A model generated the notes under the pieces. The model searched no databases and was not told where the DNA came from. It saw only the letters and a program-made list of their open reading frames with translations. The position numbers and the translations under genes were made by a program. A DNA stretch of 63,804 bases, filler included. It is 6 parts of 6 records of this genome, joined end to end, with 100 filler letters (N's around TTAATTAATTAA, not from the genome) between each part and the next. Parts side by side here need not be neighbours in the genome. Positions count along the whole stretch, not along the records: positions 31,774 to 50,370 come from DRR723986_5692; positions 50,471 to 58,499 come from DRR723986_5720; 4 more parts are not named here. One strand, 5' to 3'. Within the stretch, counting starts at the first letter, position 1. Every line of letters begins with the position of its first letter. Positions 48,683 through 58,599 of the stretch are shown here, piece after piece.

Positions 48683-49633
48683 TTAGCGGGCAATCACCAG
48701 TTTGTTGCTGATCAATTTACGGCCTGCAGCTGTCAATTCGTACATGTAGGTTCCTTGCTGCAAGTCGCTTACGTCGAGCGTAACACGAGCGGCACCGTTG
48801 CTGAACTGGACCTGAGTTTGTTTTAGGATGCGGCCCTGCAGATCGTAGACTGCGAGCTGAGCGCTGCCGGCGACGTCGGCTTTAACATCAATTTCAACCG
48901 TTGAACCCAGGGCAGGGTTGGGCAGAGCCAGGGCGTGGATGTCAGAATTTGAGTTTCCTGGAATTACATGACCACGAGGTGCTGAGCCTTTGCCAAGGCC
49001 ATCAAATTCGCATGTGGTAAAACAGGAACTGCCACCGGAGATCGGGCTGGCTGTGCTACAGTTGCCAGAGCCAAATGGCCCGCCAAGAACATCAATCGAC
49101 GAAACTTCACCGAAGCCGTCACGGCAGACGCGGAGTGGCGTTAAACAGCAACCTTCAACATCGCAGGGAATGAGGAAGTTGACTATGCCGATTCCGGGAA
49201 GGTATACGGACACTTCGTTAAAACAAGACGCAGCCGAAATCCGCCAGGTATCGGCACATTGGCCGAGGCCGGGATTAGTAAAAATCGGCGGATTTTGAGT
49301 TAGCAGACCTTCAAACGTTGCTTCAAAGATTTCTTGCGAGGAACAGGTACAGCCTGTCGAAAGAATTTGAATCTCTGTGATTTGCATGTCTTGCCAGACG
49401 CTACATGCCAGGCGCGTTACATAAGTGACCTGCACGGAGCAGCCACTGCAACCAGCTGCGAGGCTGATAGTGCTGGTAGTAGGTGCACTCCAGGTTGACG
49501 TTGTACAGTCAGGCAAACATTGCGCCTGGGAATCTGTAGCCGAAAACACAAACAGCAGGGCGATGGCCATGAGTGTGCCGACTCGTGCCAGGCTTGAATA
49601 GAAAAACGACTTGGACATTGAGTATGTCTCCAT
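48683..49633 (-). CDS. Secreted Cys-rich protein with T9SS C-terminal domain
   Basis: Signal peptide ending SQA|Q, 16 Cys in about 170 aa, CTD LPNP...YDLQGR...GTYMYEL...KLVI. Confidence 0.8.
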   Translation of the reverse strand: METYSMSKSFFYSSLARVGTLMAIALLFVFSATDSQAQCLPDCTTSTWSAPTTSTISLAAGCSGCSVQVTYVTRLACSVWQDMQITEIQILSTGCTCSSQEIFEATFEGLLTQNPPIFTNPGLGQCADTWRISAASCFNEVSVYLPGIGIVNFLIPCDVEGCCLTPLRVCRDGFGEVSSIDVLGGPFGSGNCSTASPISGGSSCFTTCEFDGLGKGSAPRGHVIPGNSNSDIHALALPNPALGSTVEIDVKADVAGSAQLAVYDLQGRILKQTQVQFSNGAARVTLDVSDLQQGTYMYELTAAGRKLISNKLVIAR

Positions 49634-50370
49634 GATTCAGAATATAGATGTAAACAATTGTGAATATGCCGGCAGAGCAAGGTGGATGAGCAGCCTGACG
49701 TCAATGACTACTGATTTTGCGGGTCAACAAGGTGATTTGACTTGATGAACCCGGCCTTTCTGCCAGTATGAGATTCCAGCGGACTTTACCCCAATTGGGG
49801 ATGTGCCCTGTTTCGATCTGCGTATAGTCCTATCTCTGGTGGCGAAACTTCACATGCCATACGACCTGCGAAGTCCGATAAACTGTAGAAATATAAAATA
49901 CGACTTGTGAAACTTGTAGGAAGTTAGCTATGTGTAGGGAGAAAGTCAATGGTTGAAATAGACTCTTTTAGGGCTCAAATTTCTGCCTAGGCCGAAATAT
50001 TGATTTTGTTAGGTTTAGCGCGATTTTTGGGGCAAAAGTGGCAAGTGGTTCAGGTGGCTTATAGTGGATAACAGCGGTCGGAGAATTCGCAGGAATTTGC
50101 TGAGACTCGAACAGTTTATGGGGCCATGTAACTACAGAACCTTGAATGTTTGTTGTTGATCTTGAGGGTTTGGGTTATTGGGGCCGAATGGATTGAGTTC
50201 TGAGTAGTTTGTGGTTTGCGGCTGGGTAGTCCGGGAATTGTGGCGGAATAGTTGTAGGCTTGTTGCTGAGTTGCCTGATGTAAGACTTGAGGTTACTGAC
50301 TCGGTGACTTGATGTGGACTGTGCGACTGTGAGCTTGCAGCCCAACAACTAACAAAAAGAAAAAAGTAAG

Positions 50371-50470
50371 NNNNNNNNNNNNNNNNNNNNNNNNNNNNNN
50401 NNNNNNNNNNNNNNTTAATTAATTAANNNNNNNNNNNNNNNNNNNNNNNNNNNNNNNNNNNNNNNNNNNN
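50371..50470. other. Artificial contig linker 4
   Basis: Same N44-TTAATTAATTAA-N44 spacer. Confidence 0.98.
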
Positions 50471-50471
50471 T

Positions 50472-51581
50472 CTGGCCAACATGAGCCATGAAATCCGCAC
50501 ACCGCTGAATGCAATTCTCGGTTTCAACACCCTGCTCGGAGAGCAGCTGAAAGATACCCAATCCAAGGAATATGTGACACAGATTCAGGAGGCTTCTGAG
50601 CAGTTGCTAGGGATGGTTGAAGATGTATTGAGCTTCTCCCAGATCGAAGCGGGCTCAATCCGGATCGAGAACATCGAATTTGATTTGCACGACAGAGTGC
50701 GCAAAACCTTGCGCCTGTTCACCGCAAAAGCGCAAGACAAGGGTGTCGCACTTGAGCTTGAAATTGACTCGATGACGCCTTTGAGGGTGAAAAGTGACCC
50801 AGCGCGATACAGCCAGGTGTTGTCAAACCTGCTAAACAATGCAATCAAGTTTTCTGACCGTGGTGTCGTGCGCGTCAAAGTTCAGGTCGACCGGCTGGAC
50901 ACACAAGAAGCCGTGATTCGAACAGAAATTCACGATCAGGGCATTGGCTTTGATATCAAGGAGTTTGAGCGCCTGACCCGCCCCTTTGAGCAGGCAGACA
51001 ACACTGCGACCCGTCGCTTCGGCGGCAGCGGTTTGGGTCTGGCGATTTGCAAGCGGTTGACCGAGTTAATGGGTGGTGAGTTGTTCGTGACCTCTGTGCC
51101 ACAGGTGGGCAGCACATTCGGTTTCACCTTGCGGGTTCAAACTGTATTTGCCCATGCTGATGCTGCCACCGCAGGGTTGTCCTCCGAGGCCGTGTCGCTT
51201 CAGGGTAAAAAGATCCTGGTGGTAGAAGACAACAAGCTGAACCAACACGTCATCAAAGCCCTGCTGTCGAAAATGCAGGCCGATGTACTGCTGGTTGACA
51301 ATGGGCAAATGGCTGTTGATGCAGTGCTGGTCGATTCATCGATTGACCTTGTTTTGATGGATATTCACATGCCCGTAATGAACGGAATTGACGCTGCCGT
51401 CGCAATACGCCAGTTGCCTGGTCCGGCCAGTCGTTTGCCGATAGTAGCCCTGACTGCAGGAGCCCTGCCTGAAGATGAACAGGCCTGTATGGAAGCCGGC
51501 ATGAACGAATTTTTAAGCAAACCAGTGGACGTGCCCAAGTTGCGGCAGGTGTTGGCTCGACAATTATCAGCTGCGCACTGA
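50472..51581 (+). CDS. Hybrid histidine kinase/receiver (5' truncated)
   Basis: LANMSHEIRTPLN H-box, NAIKF, GSGLGLAI, receiver VLMDIHMP. Confidence 0.95.
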   Translation: MANMSHEIRTPLNAILGFNTLLGEQLKDTQSKEYVTQIQEASEQLLGMVEDVLSFSQIEAGSIRIENIEFDLHDRVRKTLRLFTAKAQDKGVALELEIDSMTPLRVKSDPARYSQVLSNLLNNAIKFSDRGVVRVKVQVDRLDTQEAVIRTEIHDQGIGFDIKEFERLTRPFEQADNTATRRFGGSGLGLAICKRLTELMGGELFVTSVPQVGSTFGFTLRVQTVFAHADAATAGLSSEAVSLQGKKILVVEDNKLNQHVIKALLSKMQADVLLVDNGQMAVDAVLVDSSIDLVLMDIHMPVMNGIDAAVAIRQLPGPASRLPIVALTAGALPEDEQACMEAGMNEFLSKPVDVPKLRQVLARQLSAAH

Positions 51582-51989
51582 AAACACAAACATGCCGACC
51601 AGCATGGCCGCAATAAAAATCAGGCCATCCGTGGCCAAACTGGCTGCAGCGACCACTGCGGGACCCGGACAAAAACCGCCAACACCCCAACCGGCACCGA
51701 ACAGCACAGCACCAAGCAACAGGTTTTTGTCGATGCGGGTGTTGGTGGGCAAATTCATCGGCAGGCCCATCAGGCTGTTTTTCAATCGCTTCGCCAACAA
51801 AAACCCAGGCAACCCGAGGGCAATTGCTCCGCCCATGACAAACATCAGCGAGGGGTCCCAAGGCATGGACAAATCAAGAAATCCGATCACCTTGGCCGGG
51901 TTGGCCATGCCCGAGATGATCAAGCCCCAACCAAACACCAACCCTGCCAAACCACTGGCCAATGCAAAACCAATCTTGTTGTTCTTCAC
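51567..51989 (-). CDS. YeeE/YedE family sulfur-transport membrane protein (half)
   Basis: SGM.NP.KV..FLD, WDPSL, GFCPGP. Confidence 0.9.
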   Translation of the reverse strand: MKNNKIGFALASGLAGLVFGWGLIISGMANPAKVIGFLDLSMPWDPSLMFVMGGAIALGLPGFLLAKRLKNSLMGLPMNLPTNTRIDKNLLLGAVLFGAGWGVGGFCPGPAVVAAASLATDGLIFIAAMLVGMFVFSVRS

Positions 51990-52001
51990 GATGTTTGCTC
52001 C

Positions 52002-52466
52002 TCAAACTGCATGCATGATCACCGAGGCCACCACGAAACCTGTGACCATGAAAACACCCGTGGCCGCCAATGACCTCAATGACAGCCTCGAGAGGCCGCA
52101 GACACCATGTCCACTGGTGCAGCCCGAGCCCAGCCTTGTGCCATAGCCCACCAAAAGGCCCGCAACAATCAAGGCCACTGTGCCGCGTGGGCTTTCAAAT
52201 TCGAAGCTGCCCACGACTGCTTGGTAAAGCCAGGGTGCAGCGGCCATGCCCAGCACGAAGGTAAGCCGCCACAGCGTTTCACCATGTTGCGGTTTTAGCA
52301 AACCACCCACAATGCCGCTGATGCCAGCCACTCGGCCAGTCAACAGGATCAGCATGACTGCTGACAGGCCAATCAATAACCCGCCAAGCAAAGCTGGATA
52401 AGGTGCAAAGGCTTCCCAATTGACAGTCAACATGAGGTACTCGTTTAAATATGATTGGACGCTCAT
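52002..52466 (-). CDS. YeeE/YedE family sulfur-transport membrane protein (half)
   Basis: GRVAGISG, GSGCTSGHGVCG; start may be ATG 52433. Confidence 0.9.
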   Translation of the reverse strand: MSVQSYLNEYLMLTVNWEAFAPYPALLGGLLIGLSAVMLILLTGRVAGISGIVGGLLKPQHGETLWRLTFVLGMAAAPWLYQAVVGSFEFESPRGTVALIVAGLLVGYGTRLGSGCTSGHGVCGLSRLSLRSLAATGVFMVTGFVVASVIMHAV

Positions 52467-52511
52467 ATTAGCATGGCCAAAAAATAATCACCAGATTGAG
52501 TGTGAGTTACA

Positions 52512-53639
52512 ATGCGGCGTCTGTCTTGCAGCTCACACAACGCCATGCCCTGTTCGGAATCCACTTCCAAAGCCCAATTGACTGAGGCCAGCCCTGCACC
52601 CTCGGTTGCCGTGATTGGCGCCGGCATTGCAGGCAGCAGTGTGGCCCTTGCGCTTTGCAAGCTGGGTGTGCAGGTGCATCTGTATGACTGCGCAAGCGGG
52701 CCCGCAGCGGGTGCCTCTGGCAACTGGGTGGGTGCATTTCACCCCCACATCACCCGTGGTGATTCGCCTTTGTCGCAATTGACGCGTTTGGGGTTTGAGC
52801 ACACTGTTCAGGCACTCAAAAATTTGACCGAACAAGGTTTGCTGGCAAAGGGTGCTGATTGGGACACGCCAGGACACCTGCAAACCCTACCCCCCGAGGA
52901 AGCGGACCGCGCGCGGGAAACCCTGGCCCTGTTGAATTTCCCACAAACACTGGTGCAGTGGGCGCAGCCCAACTCGCTTTTGCCCACCCCCCTGGGCGGT
53001 CTGTTTTTCCCGCAAGGTGGCTGGGTGAAACCAGCGCGTTGGGTAGAGGCCAATCTGCAGGCCTGTGGTGATCTGCTTTGTACCCATTACAACAGCACAA
53101 TTAATGACATCGGCCCGTTGCGGGAACAGTACTCGGCAGTGGTCGTTTGTGTGGCCGAAAACGCACTGGAATTGGCACCGATCCCTGGTGCCCGCGCCAA
53201 TGCCGTGAAAGGCCAAATCAGCAAACTTCGGTGTGCAGTAAAACCCGGTGTCGTGTTGTCGGGTGAAAGTTACGCGATTGCTCCAGCAGCAGAAGACTGG
53301 TTGGTGTTGGGGGCCACTTACGAGCGACCCGTATTGCACCTGAACCCCACTGCAGAAGCCGATGAGTTGAACATTGCCCGGTTCAAGGCAGCATTTCCTG
53401 ATTTACCTCTTGGAGAGTGGCTTGATCACCGTTGCGCTGTGCGATCTGTTTGGCATGATCGCTTGCCCGCCATCGGCCCGGTACCGAATATGCCAGGGGT
53501 GTACATGAGCACTGGCTTTGGGTCGCGTGGATTGCTGTGGGCGGCTTTGGGCGGGTGTGTGTTGGCTGACTACTTCAAGGGCAGCCCAATCGAGTCGAAA
53601 CTCTTGAAAAAAATTACGCCCCGCGCTGCGAAGGCGTAA
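52512..53639 (+). CDS. Stand-alone MnmC-type FAD-dependent oxidoreductase domain
   Basis: VIGAGIAG, GASGN, GGWV.P, KGQ, GATY, GFGSRGL; no N-terminal methyltransferase domain. Confidence 0.75.
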   Translation: MRRLSCSSHNAMPCSESTSKAQLTEASPAPSVAVIGAGIAGSSVALALCKLGVQVHLYDCASGPAAGASGNWVGAFHPHITRGDSPLSQLTRLGFEHTVQALKNLTEQGLLAKGADWDTPGHLQTLPPEEADRARETLALLNFPQTLVQWAQPNSLLPTPLGGLFFPQGGWVKPARWVEANLQACGDLLCTHYNSTINDIGPLREQYSAVVVCVAENALELAPIPGARANAVKGQISKLRCAVKPGVVLSGESYAIAPAAEDWLVLGATYERPVLHLNPTAEADELNIARFKAAFPDLPLGEWLDHRCAVRSVWHDRLPAIGPVPNMPGVYMSTGFGSRGLLWAALGGCVLADYFKGSPIESKLLKKITPRAAKA

Positions 53640-53651
53640 TTCCGATTCGAA

Positions 53652-56225
53652 TCAAGACGCTTCTTTGGCGGTTTTGGTTTTGGCTGTGGCTTTTGCCGCT
53701 GGCTTGGCGGCGGTTTTGCTTTTGCTTGCGCCTGGCTTTTTCTCGGCCTTCGCCTCAAATTCAAAACCAATCGCACCATCGGGCTTCTTGACCAAAAACG
53801 CCTTGAATGCGCGGCGGGTTTTCGACGAGACAAACCGTGTCAGCAAATCAGTTTTACCGTCGAGCAACAACTTTTCCATTTGTTCGCGATCAATGGGTTG
53901 TTGCAGGATCACCTTGCCTGAGCGGAAGTCACAGCTTTTGCTCGGTCCGACTGATTTTTCGCACACATAACTGGTGGCCTGTTCATACACATTGGATGCA
54001 CATTTGGGGCAAGGCCCCAGCCGGGTTTCGCCCGAGAAGTCGACGGGTTCGCCATTGTCATCGTCTTTGGCCTGACCAAAATCGAACTCCAGTTTGTGCT
54101 CATCCGTCAGCTTGAGCACGGCAGCAAATGGCCGCCCCATCTTGCTGCGGAAACCATCGAGCATTGGCAACTCACGGTCTTGCAACAGCTTTTCAACTTC
54201 AGCCACCTCAAATTGACGACCGCCCGGTACCTTGGAAATCGAGAAATCACATTTTGTGCATGCGAAACGGCGGTAGTTTTCTTTCACCACGCTGCCACAG
54301 TTCGGGCACGGCGTCACGAGTGTGGCGTAATCGCCAGGAATGGTCTCTTCTGTGTAGTTTTTCGCACGATCAACAATGTTCTGCGTGATCTTCGCGATTT
54401 CCTGCATGAATTGTTCGCGTGAGAGCTCACCCTTCTCCATCAAGGAAAGTTTGTATTCCCACTCGCCAGTCAACTCCGGCATGGTCAGTTCTTCAACATC
54501 CAGACCGCGCAGCAGAGTCAGCAGCTGAAATGCCTTGGCGGTGGGCACCAATGCGCGTTCTTCACGCACCAGGTATTTTTCGTTGATCAAACCTTCAATC
54601 GTCGCCGCACGCGTGGCTGGTGTACCCAAGCCTTTCGTGCCCATGGCATCGCGCAGTTCATCGTCATCGACCAATTTGCCGGCACCTTCCATGGCGGAAA
54701 GCAAAGTGGCTTCACTGTAGCGTGCGGGTGGTTTTGTGCTCAGAGTGTGTACATCGATTTCATCGGTGCTTACCTTTTCACCGGCATCCACGGCGACAAG
54801 GCTGTCATCGCCGGCAACCGCGGCTGCGCGACCGTAGATGGCCAGCCAGCCCGGTTTCACCAGCACCTTTCCTTCGGTTTTGAAGGGATGGCCCTCAACA
54901 GTGGTAATGCGTGTGGTGACGTTGAACTCGGCGGGCGGGAAAAACACTGCCAGAAAACGTTTCACAACCAGGTCGTACAACTTGGCTTCAGGTTCGCTCA
55001 GGTTTTTCGGCACTTGCAAGGTGGGAATGATCGCAAAGTGGTCTGAAATCTTGCTGTTGTCGAACACCCGTTTGTTGGGTTTGACCCAGTTGTTTTTCAG
55101 AATTTGTTCGCAGAATGGGCCATATGCCCCTGCAATATGACCTGAATCCAGACCTACAAAGCTTTTCAACGTTTGGTTCACTGTGCCCATGTAATCTTCG
55201 GGCAACGCTTTTGAATCCGTACGCGGGTAAGTGAGGACCTTGTGTTTTTCATACAGCGCTTGGGCCAGGCCCAGGGTGTTCTTCGCTGAAAAGCCAAAAC
55301 GGCTGTTGGCTTCACGTTGAAGGCTGGTCAAATCAAACAACTGGGGCGCAATTTGTGTGGTGGGTTTGCTTTCTTCTTCCACCGTACCCTGTTTGCCATC
55401 ACAGGCGGCCACAATGGCCTTGGCCTTCGCTTCATCCCACAGTCGGTCTGCGCGTTGCTCGGGGTCTTCCGCTTTTTTGAAGTCGCGGTCAAACCACTTG
55501 CCTTCATAGGCACCGGCTTTCGCACCAAAGCTGGCGCGAATCTCGAAGTATGTGCGTGGTACAAACTTGCGGATTTTTTCTTCGCGTTCCACAACAATGG
55601 CCAGTGTGGGCGTTTGAACACGACCCACAGTGGTCAGGTAAAAGCCGCCTTCCTTGCTGTTGAAGGCGGTCATCGCGCGCGTGCCATTGATACCCACCAA
55701 CCAGTCGGCTTCTGAGCGGCAACGCGCGGCATCCGCCAGTGGCATCATTTCAGCATCGCTGCGCAAGTTTGAGAACGCCTGGCGAATGGCGGCGGGTGTC
55801 ATGGATTGCAGCCACAGGCGTTCCACTGGTTTGTTGCTTTTCGCGTATTGCGCAATCAAGCGGAAAATCAGTTCACCTTCCCGTCCAGCGTCACAGGCGT
55901 TAATCAAACCGACCACATCCTTGCGTTTGATCAGCTTGTTCAATACTTTCAGTCGCGACTCTGTTTTCGCAATCGGGTTCAGGTCGAAGTGAGTTGGCAA
56001 CACTGGCAAATTGGCAAAACTCCATTTGCCACGCTTCACCTCAAATTCATCAGGCGCCTTGATCTCCACCAAATGACCTACGGCCGATGACAGCACATAC
56101 TCGTCGCTTTCAAAGTAATCGTCGTGTTTGGTGAAACCCCCCAGAGAGCGCGCAATGTCGGCGGCCACAGAGGGTTTTTCCGCGATGATCAGTTTTTTGG
56201 GGTTTTCGCTACTCAATTGGTCCAA
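53652..56225 (-). CDS. topB: DNA topoisomerase III (betaproteobacterial type)
   Basis: IAEKPS, DAGREGE, GRVQTPT, catalytic TYPRTD, Zn ribbons, C-terminal repeats. Confidence 0.93.
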   Translation of the reverse strand: MDQLSSENPKKLIIAEKPSVAADIARSLGGFTKHDDYFESDEYVLSSAVGHLVEIKAPDEFEVKRGKWSFANLPVLPTHFDLNPIAKTESRLKVLNKLIKRKDVVGLINACDAGREGELIFRLIAQYAKSNKPVERLWLQSMTPAAIRQAFSNLRSDAEMMPLADAARCRSEADWLVGINGTRAMTAFNSKEGGFYLTTVGRVQTPTLAIVVEREEKIRKFVPRTYFEIRASFGAKAGAYEGKWFDRDFKKAEDPEQRADRLWDEAKAKAIVAACDGKQGTVEEESKPTTQIAPQLFDLTSLQREANSRFGFSAKNTLGLAQALYEKHKVLTYPRTDSKALPEDYMGTVNQTLKSFVGLDSGHIAGAYGPFCEQILKNNWVKPNKRVFDNSKISDHFAIIPTLQVPKNLSEPEAKLYDLVVKRFLAVFFPPAEFNVTTRITTVEGHPFKTEGKVLVKPGWLAIYGRAAAVAGDDSLVAVDAGEKVSTDEIDVHTLSTKPPARYSEATLLSAMEGAGKLVDDDELRDAMGTKGLGTPATRAATIEGLINEKYLVREERALVPTAKAFQLLTLLRGLDVEELTMPELTGEWEYKLSLMEKGELSREQFMQEIAKITQNIVDRAKNYTEETIPGDYATLVTPCPNCGSVVKENYRRFACTKCDFSISKVPGGRQFEVAEVEKLLQDRELPMLDGFRSKMGRPFAAVLKLTDEHKLEFDFGQAKDDDNGEPVDFSGETRLGPCPKCASNVYEQATSYVCEKSVGPSKSCDFRSGKVILQQPIDREQMEKLLLDGKTDLLTRFVSSKTRRAFKAFLVKKPDGAIGFEFEAKAEKKPGASKSKTAAKPAAKATAKTKTAKEAS

Positions 56226-56337
56226 CTCGTCGGTGTGTGTAATTTCAAGGCCTTGTGCGCCGAAGTGTAAGTGTCAGGGCTTCAACAAATCAAGGCTTTC
56301 TCTAGAATCTTGTTCTCCGTTGTTGAAATCGCCTTTT

Positions 56338-57426
56338 TTAAAATACACCATTTGCACGCACCCAGCGGTTCCCGCTTTCACCCAGCACCAGCCCCAGCAA
56401 CTCCAGTTCAGTGAGCACGGCGAGTGTGTCTTCCGAGTCCAAACCCAATTGTTGGGCCAATGTGTCGGTGTGCACCGGGTCATGCCCAAGGCATTGCAAC
56501 ACTCGGCCCAACTCCTCATCCTGTAAGGCACCAGTGTCCATGGTGCAGGTCATTTCGGTGTGGCAATCGCTGTCATCTTCTTGCAACACGCAGGCATGTT
56601 TGAACTCTGGCAGGCTGGCTTGCGCCTCTTCCATCAACTCTTGGGCTGTTTCGGTCAGTAAAGCCCCTTTCTTGATCATGTCATGACAGCCTTTGCTTTG
56701 GCTGCTGTGAATGGAACCTGGAATGGCACCCACTGGCCGCCCCAGTTCACTGGCGACTCTTGCTGTGATCAGGGAACCTGAACGCATGGCTGCTTCGACG
56801 ACCAGCAGTGCATCGGCCAAGCCGGCAATGATGCGGTTTCGACGGGGGAAGAATCCAGCTTGAGGCGCAGTACCGGGTGGGTATTCCGACAGCACCAAAC
56901 CGCCCTGCTCAATAATTTGCCGTTTAAGGGCGGCGTGGTGCTTGGGGTATACTTCGTCCGGCCCGCAACCCAGCACGGCGATGGTGCCCCCTTGAGCTTG
57001 AAGCGCCCCTGCGTGCGCCGCACCGTCAATGCCTTCGGCCAGGCCGCTTACAACAACCCATCGGGCTTGCGCAAACGCCTTGCCAAAGCCCTGTGCATTG
57101 CCTAAACCGGTGCGCGTGGCGCTCCTGCTGCCTACAATCGCAATGCTTCGGGTTGTCAGCAAATCCAGGCGGCCATCACCGAACAGGATCAGGGGTGGGT
57201 CTTTCAGTGCAAGCAAACCCTGTGGGTAAGCAGGGCTGTGAATCCCTACCCAAAACCGTTTGTCGCTTTGCAACAACCATGCGCTGGCCAGTGCATGCCA
57301 AAGCCGAACTGCTTCGCAGGGGGCGGGTAAACCGCAGCGGGGGCCTTGTTGCGCCAATTCGTAGCGTGCACGCGCTTTGATCGTGGTGTTGTACGCCAGG
57401 TTCATGGCGATGAGCAGCTCACTCAT
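56338..57426 (-). CDS. dprA: DNA-processing protein DprA
   Basis: IVGSR, SGLAEGID, FPRRNRII, SGSLITA, C-terminal winged helix. Confidence 0.93.
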   Translation of the reverse strand: MSELLIAMNLAYNTTIKARARYELAQQGPRCGLPAPCEAVRLWHALASAWLLQSDKRFWVGIHSPAYPQGLLALKDPPLILFGDGRLDLLTTRSIAIVGSRSATRTGLGNAQGFGKAFAQARWVVVSGLAEGIDGAAHAGALQAQGGTIAVLGCGPDEVYPKHHAALKRQIIEQGGLVLSEYPPGTAPQAGFFPRRNRIIAGLADALLVVEAAMRSGSLITARVASELGRPVGAIPGSIHSSQSKGCHDMIKKGALLTETAQELMEEAQASLPEFKHACVLQEDDSDCHTEMTCTMDTGALQDEELGRVLQCLGHDPVHTDTLAQQLGLDSEDTLAVLTELELLGLVLGESGNRWVRANGVF

Positions 57427-57522
57427 GCAAGAAGCCAGACAACAAGTAATGGAATTTGCGAACTATTTTTGCCACAGAAGGTATATCCTTTTAAGTGTTG
57501 ACTGTGAAGGTTTTTTGAAAGC

Positions 57523-58032
57523 ATGGCTTTACTCCCAATTTTGCGTTATCCGGATCCGCGCTTGAAAACGGTTGCCACCCCCGTCACCCGGTTTGATGAC
57601 GCGCTTGTCAAGCTGACCCAAGACATGGCAGAAACCATGTACGACGCGCCTGGCGTGGGTTTGGCCGCAACGCAGGTGAATGTGCACAAGCGAATCATCG
57701 TGATCGATGTCACTGATGACAAATCAGGCCTGACCGTATTCATCAACCCCGAAATCATCGATGCCAGCAAAGAATGCAAGGTCTACGAAGAAGGTTGCCT
57801 GTCCGTGCCCGGCATTTACGAGAAGGTGGAGCGCCCCGACACCGTGAAGGTCCGCGCTCAGAATGTGAAAGGCGAATGGTTTGAGATTGACTGCGACGAA
57901 CTGCTTGCTGTGTGCATTCAGCATGAAATTGATCACCTGAACGGCAAGGTGTTTGTCGAATACCTTTCGCAGCTGAAGCAAACCCGCATCAAAACCAAGA
58001 TGAAGAAGCAAGAAAAGCTTCAAACCGCTTGA
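57523..58032 (+). CDS. def: Peptide deformylase
   Basis: [20 protein letters not shown]. Confidence 0.98.
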   Translation: MALLPILRYPDPRLKTVATPVTRFDDALVKLTQDMAETMYDAPGVGLAATQVNVHKRIIVIDVTDDKSGLTVFINPEIIDASKECKVYEEGCLSVPGIYEKVERPDTVKVRAQNVKGEWFEIDCDELLAVCIQHEIDHLNGKVFVEYLSQLKQTRIKTKMKKQEKLQTA

Positions 58033-58046
58033 TTGCCCAACCCCCC

Positions 58047-58499
58047 ATGAATCGAACCCTGAATGTGGGTTTCGCAGGCACGCCCGAGTTTGCTCGGGTG
58101 GCGCTTGAGAAACTGATTGCGGCCGGTTATCCCGTGCATCTGGTGTTGACCCAGCCTGATCGCCCTGCCGGCCGCGGCATGAAACTGCAGGCATCCCCTG
58201 TCAAACAACTGGCGCAGCAACATGGCATTCCTGTTTTGCAACCCGTTAGCCTGAAAAAAGGCGACGAAGCCCAACAGGCCTTGCTGGCCTTGAAAACTGC
58301 GGTGCATGGCCAGCCTCTGGATGTGTTGATTGTGGCTGCGTACGGCCTGATACTGCCGCAAACCGTGCTGGATGCGCCCCGTTTGGGTTGCTTGAACATT
58401 CATGGCAGTCTGTTGCCGCGCTGGCGTGGCGCCGCACCCATTCAGCGCTGTATCGAGGCGGGTGATGCTGAAACCGGCGTGTGCATCATGCAGATGGAG
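58047..58499 (+). CDS. fmt: Methionyl-tRNA formyltransferase (3' truncated)
   Basis: [31 protein letters not shown]. Confidence 0.96.
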
Positions 58500-58599
58500 N
58501 NNNNNNNNNNNNNNNNNNNNNNNNNNNNNNNNNNNNNNNNNNNTTAATTAATTAANNNNNNNNNNNNNNNNNNNNNNNNNNNNNNNNNNNNNNNNNNNN
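58500..58599. other. Artificial contig linker 5
   Basis: Same N44-TTAATTAATTAA-N44 spacer. Confidence 0.98.

Noticed and set aside
49740-49880. SAM-I or c-di-GMP riboswitch upstream of the Cys-rich gene
   Set aside because: Only short fragments resemble the consensus (GATGAACCCGGC is on the wrong strand) and the core elements are missing.
50132-50368. Start-less open frame of about 78 codons on the minus strand at the end of contig 4
   Set aside because: Low-complexity S/T/Q/N/P content explained by strand skew; no motif, so a gene cannot be supported.
13397-57426. comEC, pilU and dprA as one natural-competence system
   Set aside because: They are on three contigs from different organisms.
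14058-58599. Five copies of TTAATTAATTAA flanked by N runs, as a biological repeat or recombination site
   Set aside because: Identical 100-bp format, stops in all six frames, truncated genes and composition shifts at each junction: an assembly concatenation linker.
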